A program made the translations under genes and the position numbers. This document shows positions 56,829-64,000 of a stretch of 64,000 nt of DNA, one piece after another. Each line of letters begins with the position of its first letter. Positions within the stretch are counted from its first letter, which is position 1. The notes under the pieces are model-generated. The model saw only the letters and a list, made by a program, of their open reading frames with translations. It had not been told where the DNA came from and searched no databases. This stretch comes from Candidatus Doudnabacteria bacterium RIFCSPHIGHO2_01_FULL_46_24 (GTDB lineage: Bacteria; Patescibacteriota; Doudnabacteria; UBA920; O2-02-FULL-48-8). The stretch is taken from assembly GCA_001777575.1 (NCBI GenBank), contig MFEL01000010.1, positions 20,661-84,660 on the forward strand, read 5' to 3'.

Positions 56829-57929
56829 TTAAACCAAAGTGAATTTATCTTTGCCGACTTTCTGAAAACGCTTCTTATTGGACAGGCCGACGAGGATCGT
56901 ATTGCGCTTGACCATGCGGCGTTTCAACACCTCGTTGATGATCTCATCGCGGGAAAGCGGCCGCTGAGCGGCGGTCAACGTTTCTATAATCACATCGGCA
57001 ACTACGCCTTTTTTATACCCCCATTCGGAAAGCGCATAAATCCCCCGGCCGATCAGGACAAACCGGTTATCTTTAATCAGCTCATTATGGACCGTCTCCT
57101 GATAGGCTGTCCGGTGGTCAAACTTACGCGCGTTGATCATCTTGGTGATGATCGAATAGTGCTCCGGTTTGCCGTGATGCTTCAAAACCAGATAAGCCTT
57201 GTCGCCCACATCCCGCGGCCTGACTTCATTCCAACTGGCCAGACCGATTTCTCCAAACGGATTGATCAGAATTTGTTTGGATAAGCTTAGATAGCTTTTC
57301 AACACCTTGTCGGTCAGCTCAAACTGGTGTCGCCGATAATAGTCAGTGTCCTTGAGTTTGGCGCTTAAGTCATCCTGCTTAAACACACGGCCCTCTGCCT
57401 TCAAAATATCAATCAGGACTGCTATAGTTCCGGTAAGCCGCTCTTCGTTAAACCCGGCCAATGCAAAAGCATGGTAGTAATCGCCGGTCTCTTTCCATTC
57501 ATGAAACTGCTCGCCCACCGCCAGTAAAAACTTAACTGCCTGGCGATCTTTCTCGTTTTCTTTACCGGGCAAGAGAGTTTCCAGGAAAAATTCCTCAGAC
57601 ATGACATCCCCATACTCGGCAATAGTGTCGAAAATCAAGCGCAGCGCCGCTTCCAGCTCTGTCCCGCCTTTGTGTCGCAGAGCCTCAATCGAATCCTTTT
57701 CAATTTGCCGCACCCTTTCTCTGGTGAGATTGTGCTGTGTGCCAATCGCCTCGAGTGTGGAAAGTTCCCGTCCTTCCAGCCCGAACCGCCGGACAAGTAT
57801 TTCCCTGTCTCGTTCTTTGAGCATTGCCAAAAGTTTGCTTACAATCCCTTCCGGCTCAAAGGACGAAAGGCTGCTCTGGGTCTGCGAACCCATGATAGTA
57901 TCAAGTATGTTGGAAGATAATTCTGTCAT
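56829..57929 (-). CDS. DNA-binding protein: sigma-70 region 4 HTH plus C-terminal HARE-HTH domain
   Basis: REILVRRFGLEGRELSTLEAIGTQHNLTRERVRQIEKDSIEALRH (sigma region 4); GKPEHYSIITKMINA...RFVLIGRGIYALSEWGY matches the HARE-HTH signature of RNAP delta/ASXL/restriction-enzyme HTH. Confidence 0.6.
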   Translation of the reverse strand: MTELSSNILDTIMGSQTQSSLSSFEPEGIVSKLLAMLKERDREILVRRFGLEGRELSTLEAIGTQHNLTRERVRQIEKDSIEALRHKGGTELEAALRLIFDTIAEYGDVMSEEFFLETLLPGKENEKDRQAVKFLLAVGEQFHEWKETGDYYHAFALAGFNEERLTGTIAVLIDILKAEGRVFKQDDLSAKLKDTDYYRRHQFELTDKVLKSYLSLSKQILINPFGEIGLASWNEVRPRDVGDKAYLVLKHHGKPEHYSIITKMINARKFDHRTAYQETVHNELIKDNRFVLIGRGIYALSEWGYKKGVVADVIIETLTAAQRPLSRDEIINEVLKRRMVKRNTILVGLSNKKRFQKVGKDKFTLV

Positions 57930-58011
57930 ATATTACAGTATAGCACAAAACTAGATTTCTGTCAACTCCTAATGGATTGACCTCTAAATAACTACCAGGC
58001 ATAATTTCTTT

Positions 58012-58227
58012 ATGAATACCCCAGAAGCCCGGCGATTCGAAACGCCCAGCATAGCTCACGAGGATCGCGACTGCGCACTGTGCGGCCAGCCAGAGGGCAC
58101 CAATCCCTCCTGTGATGCCTGCGCGAGGATCATGGGCGCCCAAAGGAGGGATCAGATGCTCCGCGATATTGAAGCGGAGGGAAAACGTCTTGGTTTAGGA
58201 AAAACTAAGCGAAATAAAAGACGCTAA
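58012..58227 (+). CDS. small zinc-ribbon protein with a basic tail (high GC)
   Basis: CALCG-x10-CDAC; its own TTGACC -18- ATAATT promoter (57978-58006) and terminator. Confidence 0.45.
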   Translation: MNTPEARRFETPSIAHEDRDCALCGQPEGTNPSCDACARIMGAQRRDQMLRDIEAEGKRLGLGKTKRNKRR

Positions 58228-58246
58228 CCCTTTCAACGTATAAATA

Positions 58247-58272
58247 CCTCCGGTCCGGAGGATATTTTTTTG
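58247..58272 (+). terminator. rho-independent terminator
   Basis: CCTCCGG-t-CCGGAGG followed by atatTTTTTTT. Confidence 0.7.
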
Positions 58273-58309
58273 CCAAATGTTTTTTTAAGCCAACACGAAC
58301 CGCAAGAGA

Positions 58310-59209
58310 TTATCCCGAGCGACGCCTTTGCCAATTGTGCCACACCAAAAGCAACGGCGAGGCGATGAAAATCGAAGAATAAGTCCCAGCCGTGATGCCA
58401 ACCAAAAGCGCCAGCACGAACCAGCGAATAGTTTCGCCGCCGAACAAAAGCAGAGCCAGTAGCACGAAAATCACGGTTAAGGAAGTGTTAATGGATCGCA
58501 CTAACGTCTGGTTGATGCTGTTACTGATAATTTCCGATAACGGCAGTCCACCGCTGATTCGCAGATTCTCGCGGATGCGGTCAAAGACCACGATGGTGTC
58601 ATGCACCGAAAAGCCCAGCACAGTCAAGAGGGCTGTAATAAACAAACTGTCGATTTCGACGTGCAAGAACCGGCCCAAAATCGCAAACACGCCGATGACA
58701 ATCATCAAATCATGGACCAGGGCAACGATCGCGGCGATGCCGAATTTCCAAGATGACACGGGTTTGGAAACTTTTCTGAAAGCGTAGGCAATGTAGAAAA
58801 TGATGCCGAAACTGACCACGATCAGCTGCAACATGGCGGACGAGCGTAGCTCCCTGCCGATAACCGGACCGATGGAAGTAAACTGCTCCTCCTCCACCAA
58901 GCCGTATTTGTCCCCTAAAACCTGAAGCAGTCGGTCATGTTCTTTTTTTTCCATGGGCGGCGTTCGGACAATCGCCGACCTCTCCCCTGCCGGCTGGACA
59001 ACCAAATCGCCGAAATTGCTGTCACCCAAGAAGCCTCTGATTTCAGCCGCACTCGGCACATTGTCGCCAAACTTGACTTGGGTTAACGTTCCGCCATTAA
59101 AATCGATGCCAAAATTCAAGCCAAAGGCGATCAATGCCGCGATGCTGATTGCCAGGGCAACGCCTGAGACTAAAAACCAAAATTTGTAGTGCTTAATGAT
59201 GTTTAGCAT
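58310..59209 (-). CDS. secF: protein translocase subunit SecF
   Basis: 6 TM, ALVHDLMIVIGVFAI. Confidence 0.9.
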   Translation of the reverse strand: MLNIIKHYKFWFLVSGVALAISIAALIAFGLNFGIDFNGGTLTQVKFGDNVPSAAEIRGFLGDSNFGDLVVQPAGERSAIVRTPPMEKKEHDRLLQVLGDKYGLVEEEQFTSIGPVIGRELRSSAMLQLIVVSFGIIFYIAYAFRKVSKPVSSWKFGIAAIVALVHDLMIVIGVFAILGRFLHVEIDSLFITALLTVLGFSVHDTIVVFDRIRENLRISGGLPLSEIISNSINQTLVRSINTSLTVIFVLLALLLFGGETIRWFVLALLVGITAGTYSSIFIASPLLLVWHNWQRRRSG

Positions 59210-59270
59210 AGTTCTGAGTTCTAAGTTTCTAAAGTTAAACGCAACTTTATGAACTTAGAACTTTATAAAC
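59209..59270 (-). repeat. AGTTCTGAG-family repeat, copy C, between the secD stop and the secF start
   Basis: tagttctgagttctaagtttctaaagttaaacgcaactttatgaacttagaactttataaac; abuts the secF ATG. Confidence 0.7.
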
Positions 59271-59272
59271 TT

Positions 59273-60613
59273 TCAACTTTCCTCTGACATTTTTGGCACG
59301 CCGTACAGCCAATGATGCACTAAGAGATTATGCCCCACCAAAAGTCTTAAGAAAGTCCGCGTGAGCGTGATTGCGGTGAACATGGAAACGATGATGCCGA
59401 TGGACAGGGTGATGGCAAAACCGCGGATGATACTGGAGCCGAAGTAACCCAAGATAAAGGTGGTGATCAAGCTGGAGAAGTTGGAATCGCGGACGGACAG
59501 CCAGGCGCGCTTAAATCCCTCCTCCACCGCCTGCTCCAAGGTCCGACCCTTGCGCAATTCTTCCTTCAGGCGTTCAAAAATTAAAATATTGGCATCCACC
59601 GCCATGCCGATGGACAGGATAAAGCCGGCAATGCCCGCTAGCGTAAATGTGATGCCGAAAACTTTGAACAAGGCAATGCTGAGAGCGGTATAAATGGAAA
59701 GTGCGATGACGGCCAACAAACCGGGCAGGCGGTAGTAAACAATCATGAATAGGGCGATAATGGCAAAACCGATCAAACCGGCAGCCACGCTTTTCTGAAC
59801 CGATGCCAGTCCCAATGTAGCGCCGACATTCTGCTGTTGGATAAGTTTGATCGGCACTGGCAAAGCTCCCGAGTTGAGCCTGGTCACCAATTCCTTGGCT
59901 TCCTGCACCGTAAATTGACCGGTAATCACGGCCCGGCCATCAGTGATGGCGGTTTGCACCGTGGGTGCGGATAAAATTTGGCCGTCGAGGAAAATAGCCA
60001 CCCGCTTGCCGATATTGCGCTGAGTGATGTCAGCGAACTTTTTGGTCCCTTCAGCGTCGAACTGCAGCGAAATCTGAGGGACTCCGGTCCGTTGATCAAA
60101 TTCCAAACTCGCGCGCTTGAATTCCTTGCCGGTTAAACCTGTGGGGATAAAGGCCTGGTCAGCGCTGATAGTCACTTCGCCATTCACATCCGGGGTCACT
60201 TCGGGCGGATTGGGGTTTTCTACGCGGAATTCCAAAAACGGCGTTTGGCCGATCAGCTTGATCGCTTCATCGATGTCTTTCACCCCGGGCAATTCGATAA
60301 TGATGCGATCTGTTCCCGAGACCTGCACCAAGGGTTCGGATACGCCAAAGGCATTGACGCGCCGCTCGATAACGTCCCGGGCCGAATTCATGGCGTCGGC
60401 ACGGGCGTCTTGAGGAATGTCTTTGAGGTTACCCTCATAGACCAAGTGGGTGCCGCCCTGTAAATCTAAGCCCAAATTGAGCTTGAACTGCTTCTCAAAA
60501 TTGATTCTGGCCCATTTCAGGCTGATTTTACTCCCAGCCGGCAAGGCAATATAAAAAACCGCCCCAGCCAGCAGCAGAATCAGGATAAATTTGAAATATA
60601 AACCCTTGCGCAT
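59273..60613 (-). CDS. secD: protein translocase subunit SecD
   Basis: N-terminal TM, periplasmic domain, 6 C-terminal TM; LDLQGGTHLVYE. Confidence 0.9.
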   Translation of the reverse strand: MRKGLYFKFILILLLAGAVFYIALPAGSKISLKWARINFEKQFKLNLGLDLQGGTHLVYEGNLKDIPQDARADAMNSARDVIERRVNAFGVSEPLVQVSGTDRIIIELPGVKDIDEAIKLIGQTPFLEFRVENPNPPEVTPDVNGEVTISADQAFIPTGLTGKEFKRASLEFDQRTGVPQISLQFDAEGTKKFADITQRNIGKRVAIFLDGQILSAPTVQTAITDGRAVITGQFTVQEAKELVTRLNSGALPVPIKLIQQQNVGATLGLASVQKSVAAGLIGFAIIALFMIVYYRLPGLLAVIALSIYTALSIALFKVFGITFTLAGIAGFILSIGMAVDANILIFERLKEELRKGRTLEQAVEEGFKRAWLSVRDSNFSSLITTFILGYFGSSIIRGFAITLSIGIIVSMFTAITLTRTFLRLLVGHNLLVHHWLYGVPKMSEES

Positions 60614-60682
60614 TGTTTGAGGTATTATAATGCTAATTTTTTATTTCCGCAACTGGGAATGCCAAGCGACAAAAGGATAGTT

Positions 60683-61843
60683 TCATAATTTAATTAAGGA
60701 ATTAAGAAATGCTCTGCTTGCAGCTCTGTCAATTTTGTTGTTTGGCGAAAAAATCAATCTGCCGATTGTCTCACCCTCAAATTGCGTTACCCCGCGAGAG
60801 TTTCTGCCCGACCAATGTTTGAGCAAAATCGTTGACTTTAATAAATTAACCTGAAACATTGAAATTAAAACCTTGTTCACTATTTTATTCGTCTCAATTC
60901 CGATAAAATAAAACATGAACACCGATTTGTCGGTTGCCAGAAATTCGAGCAGCTTATCAATGTTGTATCCCTTAGGATTTGAGCTAAGCACCATTATCTT
61001 TGTTTTGACATCTGTTGCCGTGTCATATTTATCGAATGTGCAAATATAATCGGCAAGTCTATTTTTTGTCCTGAATCCCGGAATAACATTACTACTATCG
61101 TGTAGTGCCTTAACTAAACTTTCTCTCAATTTTTCATCCTCACCTGCAATCAGATATTCAATAATTCTCCCCCTGATATTCACGTTTTCAATAAAGCCAG
61201 CAATCAGAATTTCGGTTTTATACTTCTCAACCTTGGCGTCTAACTCCGCCTTCAATTGCGAATATTCTTTTGATCCCACAAAATCAGCCGCTCGTTCGGG
61301 TGCGTTTTGTATCACCTTTTTTGCGGCTGATGAAACTTCAAACTTTTTACCCGAAGGACTGATGTTTGTGGTCGCTTCTACAAGTCGAGCAAGGTTGCCT
61401 TCAAAGCCCAATTCGGCATGAATACTAAATAGCTTCTCAAAATTCTCTGGTGAATTTGTTAAATCCCCGAACTTTTTTGCAATATCCGAACCGTTAATAC
61501 TTCCACGGATATTATCAATCCGCAGTAATTGAGAACTATGACTTATTTTTTGCAAAAAAGTTGTATTTGCTAAATAAAGGACATTCTTTAACGGCGTTAT
61601 TAAGCAAACAATAAACGGCAAGTCATCATATTTTTGTAGATTTGAAAGTGAAATTACGGTATTTGAAAAACTCAACGAGGAAGAATAGCTGAAACGAACA
61701 GAAAAATGCTTTGAATAATAGACCGATTTATCTTTAGTCAGCTTGAATTTTTTCTGCACTTCACTAATCAAGTTTGCTTTATTGGCAACCCCGCCTTTCG
61801 ATTTTATGAAGTTGATAAATAAAACTATATCTTCGTGCATCAT
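60683..61843 (-). CDS. hypothetical protein, candidate type II restriction endonuclease (AT-rich)
   Basis: Immediately downstream of, and 4-nt overlapping with, the DNA MTase gene; no conserved motif; GC about 33 percent. Confidence 0.35.
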   Translation of the reverse strand: MMHEDIVLFINFIKSKGGVANKANLISEVQKKFKLTKDKSVYYSKHFSVRFSYSSSLSFSNTVISLSNLQKYDDLPFIVCLITPLKNVLYLANTTFLQKISHSSQLLRIDNIRGSINGSDIAKKFGDLTNSPENFEKLFSIHAELGFEGNLARLVEATTNISPSGKKFEVSSAAKKVIQNAPERAADFVGSKEYSQLKAELDAKVEKYKTEILIAGFIENVNIRGRIIEYLIAGEDEKLRESLVKALHDSSNVIPGFRTKNRLADYICTFDKYDTATDVKTKIMVLSSNPKGYNIDKLLEFLATDKSVFMFYFIGIETNKIVNKVLISMFQVNLLKSTILLKHWSGRNSRGVTQFEGETIGRLIFSPNNKIDRAASRAFLNSLIKL

Positions 61844-62850
61844 AGTAATTTTGAATTAAACAGATTTCCCGATTTTTCCTGATCTTTCTTTCCATTTCCG
61901 TTCATCTGTTCATTGAGCGTATTTCTTTCCCAAAAAACGCCGTCAGAATATCCTTGTATAATTTTATTCTGTCGCGCATTTTCTAAGCGTTTTTCTGCTA
62001 AACAGCAATATAGCTCATCTATATCAATGCCAACATATTTACGCCCTAACTTATGCGCGACAACAGACGTTGTTCCCGAACCCAAAAATGGATCAAAAAC
62101 AACATCATTTGGCCTTGAGCTCGCTAAAATTATTTTGGCTACAAGTTTTTCCGGTTTTTGGGTCGGGTGGTCCGTATTTTCAGGCATAGACCAAAACGGG
62201 ATTGCAATATCGGTCCAAACATTCGAGGGATGAGTGATTCTATATTTCCCGTCGCCGTTATCTTCCCAATCTTTAGGTTTTCCGTTCTCGTCTTTATACG
62301 GCGCGATAACTTTACGCTTCATTTTTACCGCTTCAACATCAAAATGATAGTCGTCTGACAAAGTGCAGAACCAAATATCTTCAGAGCAATTTTTCCAGTT
62401 TGATTTTGCGCCTCGCCCTTTTTCTCGTTCAAAAGTAATGCGATTTTGAATTTGAAAATACTTTTTTGCAACGTTTAAAATTGCTCCGGACGACTTCCAG
62501 TCTCCGCAAATATAGATCGAAGCGTGGGGTTTTAAAAGACGAATAATTTTTTGAACCCATGAATCCAGCCACTCCTCGTATTTTTCTGACTCCATTGCTT
62601 TAAATGAAGTAAGGTTGAACGTTTTGTTTAGATTGTATGGAGGGTCAACAAAAACAAGATCAACAAACTTATCGGGCAAATGTTCCAGCGCTTCAAAAAT
62701 ATTTTGATGTATTGTTTTGTTTTCTATCTCGTTCAAAGATGCCGGCTTGTCCAGTTTTATTAAACGCTGTTTGAGCATTGAAATATCCTCATCACTCAAA
62801 GTCATGGTGCGATTTCGGGGCGCTCTTTGTTTTTGGGATATTTCATTCAT
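61840..62850 (-). CDS. site-specific DNA methyltransferase, beta-class N6A/N4C (motif IV DPPY before motif I FxGxG)
   Basis: LVFVDPPYNL and later VVFDPFLGSGTT. Confidence 0.85.
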   Translation of the reverse strand: MNEISQKQRAPRNRTMTLSDEDISMLKQRLIKLDKPASLNEIENKTIHQNIFEALEHLPDKFVDLVFVDPPYNLNKTFNLTSFKAMESEKYEEWLDSWVQKIIRLLKPHASIYICGDWKSSGAILNVAKKYFQIQNRITFEREKGRGAKSNWKNCSEDIWFCTLSDDYHFDVEAVKMKRKVIAPYKDENGKPKDWEDNGDGKYRITHPSNVWTDIAIPFWSMPENTDHPTQKPEKLVAKIILASSRPNDVVFDPFLGSGTTSVVAHKLGRKYVGIDIDELYCCLAEKRLENARQNKIIQGYSDGVFWERNTLNEQMNGNGKKDQEKSGNLFNSKLL

Positions 62851-62898
62851 TCTTTTATAAGTATACTCCGGGATTAGCTTTAAAAAAAGTGGTTTAAT

Positions 62899-63078
62899 TC
62901 ACAAGCCTGGCTTCACATTGACTCTTAAAGGCCTCTCAGCAGCGCTGGCGACCGGGACAACTGCCGATGAGCCAGGTCCCAGCGGCTGTCCCTCTGTCTG
63001 CCTACTGCTCCATAACAAAACGGCGAGGATTATTATTCCAAGGGCGATGACGATTTTGATAATCAAAGATTTGTTCAT
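62899..63078 (-). CDS. small secreted/membrane peptide (59 aa)
   Basis: MNKSLIIKIVIALGIIILAVLLWSS signal-anchor; just downstream of cls. Confidence 0.3.
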   Translation of the reverse strand: MNKSLIIKIVIALGIIILAVLLWSSRQTEGQPLGPGSSAVVPVASAAERPLRVNVKPGL

Positions 63079-63079
63079 A

Positions 63080-64000
63080 TCACATAAAATGGTGGGCAGG
63101 CCAGGTCAATAACTCCAGAACTTTCTGGCGCCAAGGCCTTTTCCCCCATTCAAACGGTGACACGACCTTGGCAAATTGCAAGTCATCCAAAAATTGCTGC
63201 TTGAGCTCTCGATTGAAATTTTTGTTGGTGCTGACGATGTTGGCCTCGTATTGAAACTTAAAACTGAGGTTGTCGAGGTTGGCGCTGCCCACCGACCCCC
63301 ACTCGTCATCAATGATCGCGGTTTTGGTATGGAGGATAGTTTTTTGATAGCGATAAATCTTGATTCCGGCATTGAAAGCCAGACCGAAGTACGAGCTGGC
63401 GGCGATATCCAATGATCTAAGGTCAGAAAATTCCGGCAGCAGCAATATGACTTCCACTCCCCGCCGGGCCGCCAGGCGCAGGCTGCGGAAAAATCCCCAA
63501 TCCGGCACAAAATATGGGGTCGTCAAATAAATGTAGCGTCTCGCCCCACGGATGGCGTCGATTAAGGAATCACGGATGTGGCGCTGGCTGCCCATCGGCC
63601 GCAAAATCGGCGAATTGGTCACATACCAGAATCCTGGAGCGGGTACAATGTCGTCCTTCAAATCCAAAAATTTGCTCTTGACCGTGGTCTCCCACATGCC
63701 GACAAAGCAGGCTTCCATGGATTTCACGATTGGGCCGGTGAAACGAATATTAGTGTCGCGCCAGTCCGCCATCTGGAATTTAACGCCCAAACTTCCGGTG
63801 TGCCCAATTTGAGAATCGACGATTAGCAATTTCTTATGGTCGCGGAAAAACCAGGACGTGAAATTGGTCAGCCGCCAGGGGCTGATGGGGTTGAAAAACA
63901 TCACCTGAATCCCGGCTTCCGAGAGTTTTTTGGGATATTGCGAGTTATAAAGGTTCCAGCTGCCCACGGCGTCGCACAAAAGTCTGATGCGTACGCCATG
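63080..64000 (-). CDS. cls: cardiolipin synthase / phospholipase D-family protein, C-terminal part (N-terminus beyond the window)
   Basis: HKD motif HKKLLIVDSQIGHTGSLG; ORF open to the window end. Confidence 0.8.
   Translation of the reverse strand, partial: HGVRIRLLCDAVGSWNLYNSQYPKKLSEAGIQVMFFNPISPWRLTNFTSWFFRDHKKLLIVDSQIGHTGSLGVKFQMADWRDTNIRFTGPIVKSMEACFVGMWETTVKSKFLDLKDDIVPAPGFWYVTNSPILRPMGSQRHIRDSLIDAIRGARRYIYLTTPYFVPDWGFFRSLRLAARRGVEVILLLPEFSDLRSLDIAASSYFGLAFNAGIKIYRYQKTILHTKTAIIDDEWGSVGSANLDNLSFKFQYEANIVSTNKNFNRELKQQFLDDLQFAKVVSPFEWGKRPWRQKVLELLTWPAHHFM

Overview
This 64 kb window looks like a contig from a small-genome bacterium using the standard genetic code. UGA is a stop codon, and prfB has the classic +1 frameshift at CTT TGA. 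The gene content and style are reminiscent of Patescibacteria/CPR, but that is inference only. Most of the window is housekeeping. It carries the secE-nusG-rplK-rplA cluster, with two extra small membrane-protein genes inserted into it. It has a complete dTTP-synthesis cluster (tmk-dcd-CYTH-thyA-HAD-folA), followed by prfB-ftsE-ftsX, rplI and pyrG. Other housekeeping genes include gyrB, rpmA, gltX, def-fmt, secDF, mnmA, a cysteine desulfurase, a P-type ATPase, an H+-pyrophosphatase, one tRNA-Gln(CUG), and a truncated UvrD-like helicase-nuclease at the 5' edge. Seven things stand out. (1) A PheRS alpha subunit is fused to a C-terminal FDX-ACB anticodon-binding domain, the mitochondrial monomeric PheRS layout. 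It is preceded by a stand-alone PheT-B1-like tRNA-binding domain gene, and no pheT is visible. (2) Several families of small repeats are present. Two ~110 bp inverted-repeat elements have 3' arms that overlap the start codons of rplI and an MBL-hydrolase gene. A ~70 bp AGTTCTGAG palindromic element abuts the start codons of prfB, pyrG and secF. CGGATTACG-type hairpin repeats sit in the 5' UTRs of gyrB, rplK, rplA and gltX. Short repeats are also inserted in-frame into essential genes; the same ATCAACTATCA repeat sits inside both fmt and the cysteine desulfurase, and other in-frame palindromes sit in mnmA and a WecB/TagA gene. (3) A three-gene operon encodes a sigma-70-region-4 + HARE-HTH DNA-binding protein, a membrane protein and a HerA/FtsK-superfamily ATPase, next to a TrmB regulator. 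It is a candidate DNA-translocation or defence module. (4) A nearby AT-rich type II restriction-modification pair is present. (5) There are high-GC patches suggesting acquisition from a GC-rich donor. One is an island holding a DUF2325/basic-coiled-coil protein, a secreted 7-bladed FG-GAP propeller and a free-standing LAGLIDADG homing endonuclease. Others are a lone purF, a second xenologous sugar-phosphate nucleotidyltransferase, and small hypotheticals. (6) A TrpR/YerC-like regulator is flanked by two 27-28 bp palindromic operators. (7) A putative gluzincin-like metallopeptidase sits next to a membrane-anchored winged-HTH gene. No CRISPR array or rRNA was seen.
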